From positions 1 to 60,740 of the forward strand of contig JAIFND010000039.1 of the NCBI GenBank assembly GCA_020047915.1: a stretch of DNA of 60,740 nucleotides, in the 5' to 3' direction. The stretch comes from a bacterium (lineage in GTDB: Bacteria > Planctomycetota > UBA11346). Each line of letters opens with the position of its first letter. The stretch's first letter is position 1. Below the pieces are notes generated by a model, which was not told where the DNA came from, did not search any database, and worked only from the letters and a program-made list of their open reading frames with translations. This document shows, in pieces, positions 1 through 7,646 of this stretch. Position numbers and translations under genes: made by a program.

Positions 1-144
1 GGCGGAAGGCGGAAGGCGGAAGGCGGAAGAGTTGCTGAATCGAGTTGATGGGGGCCTGTCGTAGCGCCGACCCATTTTCGACTTCACGACTAGGCCGGCA
101 GTCCAATCCGCATTTCTTCCGCCTTCCGCCTTCCGACTTCCGCC
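1..144. repeat. Inverted tandem-heptamer element E1. (GGCGGAA)x4 arm at 1-29, 86-nt spacer, (TTCCGCC)-type arm at 116-144. The left arm may be cut by the window edge.
   Basis: Read directly: ggcggaaggcggaaggcggaaggcggaag ... cttccgccttccgccttccgacttccgcc. The arms are reverse-complementary with 1 mismatch. Confidence 0.85.
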
Positions 145-602
145 TTTCCAAGGTCAATGCCCTTAACGCAACGCCATTGGGTCCGGATCGCACACGCCGG
201 ATCGGTTGAGGCTTGGTCATGCAACTCGCCCAAACGTGCCGCGATGGCCAGATCGCCGAGTCTCAGCGCCGCGGTGATCCCGGCCCGCAGGGCGCGCACC
301 CGCCCAGAACTCGCCGTCGGCATGGCAGGCTCGTCTGCCATGCACGCACCAGGCCGGGACAGGGACGTATCCGCGGCAGACATACCCGATTCACATGTCG
401 GTTGATCATGCTCATTCACGTTCGCCATGGTGGGCAGCATCATCGCCTTCACGAGTCTCCGCCATGGGGTGAACTCCCCAGTCCCGCATGCAGGGATAAG
501 GGCCATGTCATTGATCAGGACCTGAGACCACCCCCGATCGGTCACCAATACGATGCAGCCGAGGCGCGTCAGGACGGCCGGCGGCTCGCACAAGCCCGCC
601 AT
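90..602 (-). CDS. Hypothetical protein; start uncertain. The 3' end runs into repeat E1.
   Basis: Open frame with strongly G/C-biased third positions in the stretch sampled (421-480). No recognisable motif. The C-terminal residues RRKAEE are a translation of the repeat arm. Confidence 0.3.
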   Translation of the reverse strand: MAGLCEPPAVLTRLGCIVLVTDRGWSQVLINDMALIPACGTGEFTPWRRLVKAMMLPTMANVNEHDQPTCESGMSAADTSLSRPGACMADEPAMPTASSGRVRALRAGITAALRLGDLAIAARLGELHDQASTDPACAIRTQWRCVKGIDLGKAEVGRRKAEEMRIGLPA

Positions 603-862
603 ACCATGGATATCAGCCGACCGCCAAGCAGCGCCAGGCTGAAAAATGACGGTTTTCCAGGCGCCCCAGTTGCCGCCGTTCCTGTTCCAAGAAAACCCGC
701 CACCACCGCGAGGACGGTGGAGGACAAGGTCTCGGCCCGCGCGGCCCCTCCTGCGACCGCACCAAAAGCCCTACCCAGTCTGGCCAGTTCGCTGGCCAAC
801 TGGGCCCGGTTCAGGTCGCTTTCCGCAAGCAACAAGCGCTTCTGCGCTTCGAGCCGATTCAT
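569..862 (-). CDS. YqjK-like small protein, third gene of an ElaB/YqjD-YqjE-YqjK type operon.
   Basis: N-terminus MNRLEAQKRLLLAESDLNRAQL is typical of YqjK-family proteins. The start overlaps the upstream stop (ATGA at 859-862). Confidence 0.55.
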   Translation of the reverse strand: MNRLEAQKRLLLAESDLNRAQLASELARLGRAFGAVAGGAARAETLSSTVLAVVAGFLGTGTAATGAPGKPSFFSLALLGGRLISMVWRACASRRPS

Positions 863-1248
863 GCCCGGAGGTCGGCGAGGCAGACGCGGTCCTTGCGCAC
901 CTGGTCAAGCGTCGCCGCGAATGGCGACCACTGACGCAGATGCCTGGTCAGAAGCCAGCTCAGAGCCGCGGCGACAGAGGCATAACCTGCCGCCAGGATG
1001 AGCAGCACTCCCAAGGGGGACCACGCCCACCCCTGCAGCACGATGGCGGCCGTGATGGCGATGCCGCAGAGCAGGCCGCAGCCGGCGATGCCCAGCACCA
1101 GCACCAACGCGTGCAGGAGGCGGTTGCGTTCCTCCTGCACCTCCACCGTGACCAGGGTCAGACGGTTCTCTGCGATGGTCAACACCTGTTCGGCGATACG
1201 TCGGGTCGTCACGGCAACCTGCAGACATCCATCCATGGTTTCCGCCAT
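859..1248 (-). CDS. YqjE-like membrane protein (DUF1469 / holin-X superfamily fold).
   Basis: ATG at 1246-1248. Two hydrophobic helices (LVLVLGIAGCGLLCGIAITAAIVL, GVLLILAAGYASVAAALSWLL). Lies between ElaB-like and YqjK-like genes. Confidence 0.6.
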   Translation of the reverse strand: MAETMDGCLQVAVTTRRIAEQVLTIAENRLTLVTVEVQEERNRLLHALVLVLGIAGCGLLCGIAITAAIVLQGWAWSPLGVLLILAAGYASVAAALSWLLTRHLRQWSPFAATLDQVRKDRVCLADLRA

Positions 1249-1255
1249 TGCGCGC

Positions 1256-1561
1256 TCAGCCACAGGAGCGCGTGCAGCGACGCGCGAGCAGGAATCCGAC
1301 CAGGGCGCCGACTCCGACCGCGACGCCGATGGCCACGTACGGATGCTTGTGGACGGCACTGTCGGTGGCCTTGGCGCCCTCGACGACCTTGTCCTTGACC
1401 TGTCCGAGAATCTTCTTGCCGCTCTCCAAGGCGATGGCCAGGCGCTTGCGGGCCTCGGCGACCTTCTCGCCGCCCACATCAGCAGTAGCGGTCATCAGGG
1501 CGAGGGCATCCTCGGCCAGGGTGCCAATGGTGTTGCCACCTTCGTGGGTTTCAGTGCTCAT
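1256..1561 (-). CDS. ElaB/YqjD/DUF883 family membrane-anchored ribosome-binding stress protein.
   Basis: ATG at 1559-1561. Helical N-terminal part followed by the characteristic C-terminal anchor HPYVAIGVAVGVGALVGFLLARR. Confidence 0.75.
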   Translation of the reverse strand: MSTETHEGGNTIGTLAEDALALMTATADVGGEKVAEARKRLAIALESGKKILGQVKDKVVEGAKATDSAVHKHPYVAIGVAVGVGALVGFLLARRCTRSCG

Positions 1562-1875
1562 GGGAGGCTTCGCTTTCTTCTTCTCTGTGTGGCGTCCTAG
1601 GACGGCAGGGCCGGTCGGCTGTGCTGACCAGAACCTAATGCGAAGGCCGACCATCGACGATGGGGCGTTCACCCCTTGGGGTATCGACTCAGGGCCCGAG
1701 CCCCGTCGCACAGCATGACAAGGGCATTGCGATAAGGTGGGGCCTGAACGCGGTGTTGCGCAGCCGACGACGACCACGCGACGAGGCCCCTCGTTTCGTG
1801 GCGATTCCATACTGGGGTAATCACCCCATGGCCATGATTGGCGTCGCATTGATCGTCCGCACCCCGGGGCACCGC

Positions 1876-2553
1876 ATGAAGAAGATCTCCATCCTGATAG
1901 CCGAAGACCATCAGGTCGTCCGCGAAGGCCTCTTGCGTCTCCTTGGGCTTGATGCGGATCTGGACGTGGTCGGCGAGGCCCAGGATGGGCGTACTGCGGT
2001 GGAGATGGCTACGCGTCTGCATCCCGACGTCATCCTCATGGATATCGCCATGCCACAACTCAATGGCCTGGAGGCCACACGCCAGATCCTCAAGAACCGC
2101 CCGGCAACCAAGATCATCATCCTGTCGGCGTACAGCGAAGACTCCTTCATCAATACCGCCACCGAGGCCGGGGCGGTCGGTTTCCTCCTCAAGCAGTCTT
2201 CGGTGCGCAACGTCTGCGATGGCATCCGCTCCGTCATGGCGGGGCAAACCTGTTTCAGCGATCCGATCACCCGACGTATTGCGAACCCAGGTCACTCGAC
2301 TCCCGTGCCCGGCGGACAACCACTGCCGAAACGTGTCGTGCTGACCTCGCGGGAAAACGAGGTGCTGCAATTGGTGGCGGAAGGCAAGGCCAACAAGGAG
2401 ACGGCAGTGGCCTTAGGCATCGGTATCAAGACCGTCGAAAAGCACCGTGAGCATCTCATGTGCAAACTCGGCATCCATGACACCGCCGGCCTGACCCGCT
2501 ATGCCATTGGCGCAGGCATCATCGAGAGCCCGGTCCAGGTCACTATACTCTAA
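1876..2553 (+). CDS. Response regulator, NarL/FixJ family (REC plus LuxR-type HTH).
   Basis: MKKISILIAEDHQVVREGL...PDVILMDIAMP is a REC domain. LTSRENEVLQLVAEGKANKETAVALGIGIKTVEKHREHLMCKLG is a LuxR HTH. Confidence 0.9.
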   Translation: MKKISILIAEDHQVVREGLLRLLGLDADLDVVGEAQDGRTAVEMATRLHPDVILMDIAMPQLNGLEATRQILKNRPATKIIILSAYSEDSFINTATEAGAVGFLLKQSSVRNVCDGIRSVMAGQTCFSDPITRRIANPGHSTPVPGGQPLPKRVVLTSRENEVLQLVAEGKANKETAVALGIGIKTVEKHREHLMCKLGIHDTAGLTRYAIGAGIIESPVQVTIL

Positions 2554-2627
2554 CAGAAAGAATTGTGTCGCTATATGAACCCCGCTGCGACAGTGACGCG
2601 TGTGAATATGCTTCATATACAGGTGGC

Positions 2628-3827
2628 ATGCGACTGGCTTTCATGGGAAACCCGATGAGCCTCTTCCCAGCAGCCTGGGGATCCCGACCCAGCCTCTCGC
2701 TTCTCTATCAGTCCGCCCTGCAGGCCTACCTGAAGCCGGGATCCGACGACAACCTCGATCTGGCGTGCGAGGTGGGTCGTCTCGCCGTGACCCTCGGCCT
2801 GGAGACGATCGACCTGGCCTGGGTACATGAACGCGCGTTCTCCAGCCTGGCTCGGCCGGATTCGTCATCCGCTTGCACGCACTTATATCGGGCCGCGCGA
2901 TTCTTCGCCGAAGTGCTCACCGCGATCGAACGGCCGCAGCGCAGGGCGCTTGAGGACAACAAGCTGTTGACCGCCGAGGTCCAAGAACTCAGCCAGCGCA
3001 ATCTGCATCTGTCCGAATCAGTTGAAGGGCTGCAGCAGGAAATCATCCAGCACCGATCCCTCGAAGAGTCCCTTCGCCTGAGCGAACAGGATGCGCATGC
3101 CAACGAAGTCGGGATGCGCTCCATGTCGCACCTGCTGCTGACCGCCCAGGAGGATGAACGCGGCCGGATCAGCCGGGAACTCCATGACGTCATCGCCCAG
3201 ACCCTGAGCGGCATCAACCTGCGCCTCTCCGCCCTGCACGTTGAGTCCACCACGGGCATCAACCAGGATGACCTCCGACAGAGCATCCGGATCACCCAAC
3301 AGCTGGTCGAGCATTCGGTGGACATCGTGCATCGCTTCGCCCGTGACCTGCGCCCGACCATGCTCGACGACCTCGGCCTGATCCCTGCGCTCCAGGCTCA
3401 TCTGCGCGACTACACGGAGGGCACGGGCATCCGCGTCCATCTTACGGTGTTCGCTGGCATTGAACGCTGCAGCAGCGACCTCCGCACGACCCTGTACCGG
3501 GTCGCCCAGGAGGCCCTGGTCAACGTGGCACGCCATGCCCAGGCCTCCCGGGTGGCCATCACCATCCAGGAACTGGCCGGCCGCATCTTCATGCGCATCG
3601 AAGATGATGGCCTCGGGTTCGAGGTCCTCGGCAAGTCCAGCGCGAAGCGCAACAACCGCCTGGGCCTGATGGGGATGCGCGAACGTGTCGAAATGCTCGG
3701 GGGCGTATTCACGCTGAGTTCTGCGCCGGGCAAGCCGACCGTCATCCTGGCCGAGATCCCCTCTGGAGCGTCGGCCAGGAAAAGCGTGCCCGTCCGACGC
3801 CTTCCGCTGCTGGCCGCACAGGGATAG
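2628..3827 (+). CDS. Sensor histidine kinase (HisKA_3 plus HATPase_c) with an RsbU-N-like N-terminal domain. Start uncertain; the ORF opens at GTG 2565.
   Basis: H-box RISRELHDVIAQTL, then RIEDDGLGF and GLMGMRERVEMLGG. Directly follows the response regulator. Confidence 0.85.
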   Translation: MRLAFMGNPMSLFPAAWGSRPSLSLLYQSALQAYLKPGSDDNLDLACEVGRLAVTLGLETIDLAWVHERAFSSLARPDSSSACTHLYRAARFFAEVLTAIERPQRRALEDNKLLTAEVQELSQRNLHLSESVEGLQQEIIQHRSLEESLRLSEQDAHANEVGMRSMSHLLLTAQEDERGRISRELHDVIAQTLSGINLRLSALHVESTTGINQDDLRQSIRITQQLVEHSVDIVHRFARDLRPTMLDDLGLIPALQAHLRDYTEGTGIRVHLTVFAGIERCSSDLRTTLYRVAQEALVNVARHAQASRVAITIQELAGRIFMRIEDDGLGFEVLGKSSAKRNNRLGLMGMRERVEMLGGVFTLSSAPGKPTVILAEIPSGASARKSVPVRRLPLLAAQG

Positions 3828-3852
3828 GTCTCCTCATTCCCCCATCGAAAGC

Positions 3853-3879
3853 AAAAACCCCGGCTTTCGCCGGGGTTTT
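3853..3879 (+). terminator. Rho-independent terminator after the kinase gene, abutting the 3' end of the convergent tRNA.
   Basis: aaaaaccccgg-ctttcg-ccggggtttt: GC stem followed by a T run. Confidence 0.7.
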
Positions 3880-3882
3880 CTC

Positions 3883-3969
3883 TGGTGCGCGGGGGGGGAC
3901 TCGAACCCCCACGAATTTTACTTCGCTAGCACCTCAAGCTAGTGCGTCTGCCAATTCCGCCACCCGCGC
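3883..3969 (-). tRNA. tRNA-Leu (anticodon GAG), class II with a long variable arm and encoded CCA.
   Basis: Reverse complement is GCGCGGGTGGCGGAATTGGCAGACGCACTAGCTTGAGGTGCTAGCGAAGTAAAATTCGTGGGGGTTCGAGTCCCCCCCCGCGCACCA. Anticodon stem is CTAGC/GCTAG and the loop is TTGAGGT. Confidence 0.9.
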
Positions 3970-4075
3970 AGGTGGAGCGCGGGATGGTAGGACGCCTGCC
4001 TCGTCGTCAAGACCGGGTATTCCGTGCCGGCAACCGACCATCTCAGCAGCACGCTGCCATCGCCGGCGACCGTGA

Positions 4076-4231
4076 TCAATCCACCCTCCACGCGACGGCT
4101 TTTTGGATCGTTGCGAAGGGGCTTGCCGGAGTGCCCGAATTGAGGTTCGAGCCATTGACGCCATCGACGGTGTAGTCGGCGGCGGTCAGGGTGGCGGCAG
4201 AGAGCAGAAGCAACGCGCGAGAGGTGAACAT
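4076..4231 (-). pseudogene. Possible remnant: signal peptide plus the N-terminus of a secreted parallel-beta-helix (DUF1565/pectate-lyase-like) protein, truncated next to the tRNA.
   Basis: The 51-aa ORF reads MFTSRALLLLSAATLTAADYTVDGVNGSNLNSGTPASPFATIQKAVAWRVD*. A related continuation (GGLITVAGDGS) is only readable in another frame and then runs into the tRNA. Confidence 0.3.
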
Positions 4232-4416
4232 GCCACCAGGGTAGCCGATCCCGTCTCATCGGGATGGCCCATTGCGCACGGTCGCTGGCGATTTGCGCAT
4301 ATCACATGCTGTTTGCCGCCTGCGCGGAAGATCCCTTCCCCGAAGCTGACGTCAGCCGGAAACGATGCGGGCGCAGCAGTGGCGCGATGGGGTCAGGGCT
4401 GGCATCATCGCCGGTG

Positions 4417-5109
4417 ATGACCGTCACCTTCATCGGGGATGTGCACGGCTGGCCGGAACGCCTCGCGGCCGTGCTCGCACGGTCCGAAGGTGAACTCGTG
4501 TTCATGGGCGATCTGATCGATCGCGGACCTGACACGCCGGCCGTGCTCGATCACGTCCGCACCCTGACCGACGAAGGCCGGGCCCGCTGCCTGCTGGGCA
4601 ACCATGAATACGCCCTGCTGCGCGGTCTGGGCGCCCCCGACCTCGACTTGGCACCGGATCCGGTGTGGTTCGGCCTGTGGCGCGACCGCCATGGGGGACG
4701 CAGCGTGCTGCGCGACTACCGCGCTGATGATGCGGCCTCTCTACGCCAGGCGATGGGGCCGGCGCTGATCAGCTGGCTCGCCGGCCTGCCGTGGTGCCTG
4801 GAAGGTCCCGGTTGGCTGGCCGTCCACGCCGCCCTGCGCCAGGATCAACCGTTCGCCGAACAGCTGGCCTGCCTACGCGACGGCTGGCGGCATCTGCTTC
4901 ATGAACCCGACCATCTGTACGAGAAGCCGGGGGTACTGCTCGATCATCCTGAACTGCCGCCGGGCGTCGTCCTGGTCAGCGGTCATCTGCCGCTGCCGGA
5001 GCCGTTGATCACCTCGCGACGCATCCTCTGCGACACCTCGGGCGGACTGCCCGGGCGGGTGCTGTCGGGCGTGGTGTGGCCGGGTGGCCGCGTAGTGACC
5101 TCAGCGTAA
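4417..5109 (+). CDS. Metallophosphoesterase, PPP family (ApaH/PrpE-like Ser/Thr phosphatase or diadenosine tetraphosphatase).
   Basis: Motifs GDVHG, GDLIDRGPD and GNHE starting at MTVTFIGDVHG. Confidence 0.8.
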   Translation: MTVTFIGDVHGWPERLAAVLARSEGELVFMGDLIDRGPDTPAVLDHVRTLTDEGRARCLLGNHEYALLRGLGAPDLDLAPDPVWFGLWRDRHGGRSVLRDYRADDAASLRQAMGPALISWLAGLPWCLEGPGWLAVHAALRQDQPFAEQLACLRDGWRHLLHEPDHLYEKPGVLLDHPELPPGVVLVSGHLPLPEPLITSRRILCDTSGGLPGRVLSGVVWPGGRVVTSA

Positions 5110-5403
5110 CGGGGTCGAGCCGTCGCCGGAACGGATGCGGGCCGCGAGTGCACGCTCGATGATCGCGGCGACGCCAAGTCCGCCAGCGGCGTGCTCGGCC
5201 ATGCCATCGACGAACAGGCCCTGGAAGGCGGACGAGCCGGGATCCTCGCCGAACAGGTCGGAGGTCGCTTCGCTGCGCTCGCCCATCGGCTTGAGCAACT
5301 GGCTGACGAACTGCTGCTCGAAGGCCTTGGCCGCCTGATGCAGCTTCTGGCGTGGATCGGCGGCATCGAGGCGGCCGGCACCGGTGATCGAGAGATCAGG
5401 CAT
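5101..5403 (-). CDS. Flagellar rod-binding protein (FlgJ N-terminal-domain-like, no muramidase domain).
   Basis: LHQAAKAFEQQFVSQLLKPM is a Rod_binding motif. ATG at 5401-5403, 3 nt after the flgI stop. Confidence 0.7.
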   Translation of the reverse strand: MPDLSITGAGRLDAADPRQKLHQAAKAFEQQFVSQLLKPMGERSEATSDLFGEDPGSSAFQGLFVDGMAEHAAGGLGVAAIIERALAARIRSGDGSTPLR

Positions 5404-5405
5404 GG

Positions 5406-6533
5406 CTACATGATCTCCAGTTCGCCGTGCAGCGCCCCGGCCCGGTTGATCGCCTCGAAGATCGACACCAGATCGCGCGGCCGTGCGCCCATCGCGTTCA
5501 GCGCATTGGCGATCTGCTCGACCGTCACGCCTTCGACCATGCCCAGGGTGCCAGGGACGATCGGCGGCTGGATGCCGGCCGGCGGCTGGTCGCCGCGCAG
5601 CTTGGTCACCGGATCGCTCCACTGTACCCCGGTCGGCTGGCCATCGGGCCCGACCGGCTTGGCGGTCGGGGTGATGCGCAGCGACAGGCCGCCATGGCTG
5701 ACCGCGACCGCGCCGATGGCGACGGTCGAGCCGACCACGATCGTGCCGGTGCGGGCGTTGATCACGACGCGCGCGCGGACGTCGGGCGAGACGCGCAGAT
5801 CCTCGATACGGGCCAGGGATTCGACCACTTCTTGCGGTGTCGGCGGGCTGGCGAAGCGCAGCGCGATGGCGCGCGCATCCTCGGCGACGACACGTTCCTG
5901 GCCGAACACCTCGGCCAGCGCCTTGGCGACGCGCGAGGCGGTGGTGAAGTCGGGATCGCGCAGCACCAGGCGCAGGCGGTCCTTCTGCACCAGCGTCGCC
6001 GGCACCTCGCGCTCGACGATCGCTTCGATGACCGCGACAGTCTCGATGTTCTTATGATCGGTGCCTACCGGCCCGGGATTGGCCGGCGAGGCGGCACCGT
6101 AACCGCCGATCGAGACCGGACCCTGGGCGACGGCGTAGATCTTGCCGTCCCACGCATCGAGGGGCGTCTGCAGCAAGATGCCGCCGCGCAAGCTGGTGCA
6201 GTCGCCGATCGCTGACAGTTGGCTGTGCAGCCGGGTGCCGGCCTTGCTGAACGAGGGGATGTCGGCGGTCAGCGCGACCAGCGCCACGTTGCGCGAGTCG
6301 AGATCGCTTTCCGCCAGCGCCTGGTTCTTGCGTGCCAGCACCTGGCGCAGCAGCCGCTTGGTCGCCGGGCTCTTGTCGCCGGTGCCGGACAGGCCGACCA
6401 CGATGCCGATGCCATTGAGCTGGTTGTCGCGCACCCCGTCGATGGTGCACAGATCCTTCAGCCGCACGCCGTGCTGCGCTTCGCCGCCCGCCAGTATGGC
6501 AACGAGAGCCATGGCTAGAGCGATGTACCACAT
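5406..6533 (-). CDS. flgI: Flagellar P-ring protein FlgI.
   Basis: Full-length similarity pattern (GVRDNQLNGIGIVVGLSGTGD, LLQTPL, GPVSIGGY, ELEIM terminus). Signal peptide MWYIALAMALVAILAGG. ATG at 6531-6533. Confidence 0.92.
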   Translation of the reverse strand: MWYIALAMALVAILAGGEAQHGVRLKDLCTIDGVRDNQLNGIGIVVGLSGTGDKSPATKRLLRQVLARKNQALAESDLDSRNVALVALTADIPSFSKAGTRLHSQLSAIGDCTSLRGGILLQTPLDAWDGKIYAVAQGPVSIGGYGAASPANPGPVGTDHKNIETVAVIEAIVEREVPATLVQKDRLRLVLRDPDFTTASRVAKALAEVFGQERVVAEDARAIALRFASPPTPQEVVESLARIEDLRVSPDVRARVVINARTGTIVVGSTVAIGAVAVSHGGLSLRITPTAKPVGPDGQPTGVQWSDPVTKLRGDQPPAGIQPPIVPGTLGMVEGVTVEQIANALNAMGARPRDLVSIFEAINRAGALHGELEIM

Positions 6534-6554
6534 CCGTGATGCTGTCACCGAAAA

Positions 6555-6677
6555 GGCGGAAGGCGGAAGGCGGAAGGCGGAAGATCGGCACGCAGGCGAG
6601 TTGGAATGGGCATCAGGCAGGCACGCGCAGCGCGCAGCAATTCTTCCGCCTTCCGCCTTCCGCCTTCCGCCTTCCGG
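6555..6677. repeat. Inverted tandem-heptamer element E2. (GGCGGAA)x4 at 6555-6583, 59-nt spacer, (CTTCCGC)x5 at 6643-6677. Sits in the flgH-flgI intergenic gap.
   Basis: Read directly; four units pair perfectly. Confidence 0.9.
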
Positions 6678-6700
6678 CATGAAGGTATCCTCAAGACAAG

Positions 6701-7312
6701 CTAGAACGGCCATACGGTGTCCAATATCTTACCCAGCCACCCCTCCTGCTGGGCGCGGGTGAGCGGACCTTCCCCGACGATCGACACCTGCAGGTCGTAG
6801 AGCTTCTCGGACAGCACGGTGTTGTCGCTCTTGATGTCGCTGGGCCGGACGATGCCGGCGATCTGGATGGTCTTGCGATCTTCGTTGATCAGCACTTCGC
6901 GCGATCCGCGGATGACCAGCGAGCCGTTGTCGAGGACATCGACCACCTGCACCGCGATTGACGACCGCACCTTGTGGGTCAGGTCGAACTTGCCCTCGCC
7001 CTGGAACTGCTTGGACGAGTCCACATCCAATCCGGGCAGCTTGCCGAGTGCGGTCTCGCCCACGGCGGCCGGCAACTGGTTCGTTCCGGGCAGCAGGTTG
7101 ACGCCGATGTTGGCCTTGTTGTCCCGTTTGTTGTCGGTCTTCTCGTTCTCCGAGACCGAGGTCGTCTCCTGGATGACCACGGTCAGCAGATCACCACGCC
7201 GGCGCGCGGTGGCGTCGGCGTAGAGATTGCCGTCGGCAAGGGTCTCGGCCTGCCACAGGCTCTCGGCGGCCAACGAGGCGGCGAGGCACAGGAGGATCAG
7301 CAATGGTCGCAT
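6701..7312 (-). CDS. flgH: Flagellar L-ring protein FlgH.
   Basis: RGDLLTVVIQETTSVSE, LVIRGSREVLINEDRKTIQIAGIVRPSDI, LGKILDTVWPF. Signal peptide MRPLLILLCLAASLAA. ATG at 7310-7312. Confidence 0.9.
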   Translation of the reverse strand: MRPLLILLCLAASLAAESLWQAETLADGNLYADATARRRGDLLTVVIQETTSVSENEKTDNKRDNKANIGVNLLPGTNQLPAAVGETALGKLPGLDVDSSKQFQGEGKFDLTHKVRSSIAVQVVDVLDNGSLVIRGSREVLINEDRKTIQIAGIVRPSDIKSDNTVLSEKLYDLQVSIVGEGPLTRAQQEGWLGKILDTVWPF

Positions 7313-7384
7313 GTCGGGTTCCTCGACGGTGGCTCGGCTGACGGTCGTAGACGCAACGACCGTGCCAGGCACAGGTCACCGATA

Positions 7385-7419
7385 CTTAATTACAATTAAG
7401 GCAAGCACTTACGTGTCCT
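7385..7419 (-). promoter_or_regulatory. AT-rich 7-2-7 palindrome (cttaatt-ac-aattaag, 7385-7400) next to a weak GG-N10-GC (sigma-54-like) motif upstream of flgH.
   Basis: The minus strand reads AGGACACGTAAGTGCT (7419-7404) followed by the palindrome. This is the most AT-rich stretch I noticed in the window. Confidence 0.25.
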
Positions 7420-7431
7420 AATCCGACTTTC

Positions 7432-7625
7432 CACACAGAGGACCAGAGCACCAGAGGTGAAGGCATGGCTGTGCACGATTTCACTGGTGCACCGGCATGA
7501 ATTTCAGCGCACCGTACAACGCCTCTTGCCTCTGATTCTTTTGGTGCCCTGTGTGACTACTTCTTCAATTGAAAACCACCACTTCGCAGCCCGATGCTTC
7601 CTCTGGTCCTCTGGTCCTCCTTGTG
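7432..7625. repeat. Inverted tandem-octamer element H1. Arms at 7432-7463 and 7597-7625 built from (NACCAGAG) units, with a 133-nt comparatively AT-rich spacer.
   Basis: cacacagaggaccagagcaccagaggtgaagg ... cttcctctggtcctctggtcctccttgtg. Confidence 0.85.
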
Positions 7626-7646
7626 AATACAATGCGAGGTAAGGGA

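Noticed and set aside
859-1248. A 'phage holin' family hit as a sign of a prophage.
   Set aside because: The gene sits between ElaB/YqjD-like and YqjK-like genes, which is the conserved chromosomal stress operon. No phage structural, integrase or lysis genes are nearby.
6052-6762. ORFs containing PSAFRLPPSAF / RRKAEGGRRKAEG peptides (also 40350..40681 and 42216..42347), and LEAGSWKLEAGS peptides (23365..23997, 46441..46560).
   Set aside because: These peptides are simply translations of the heptamer repeat arms. 7 nt x 3 = 21 nt gives 7-aa periodicity in every frame. They are not evidence for coding, except inside the selD frame.
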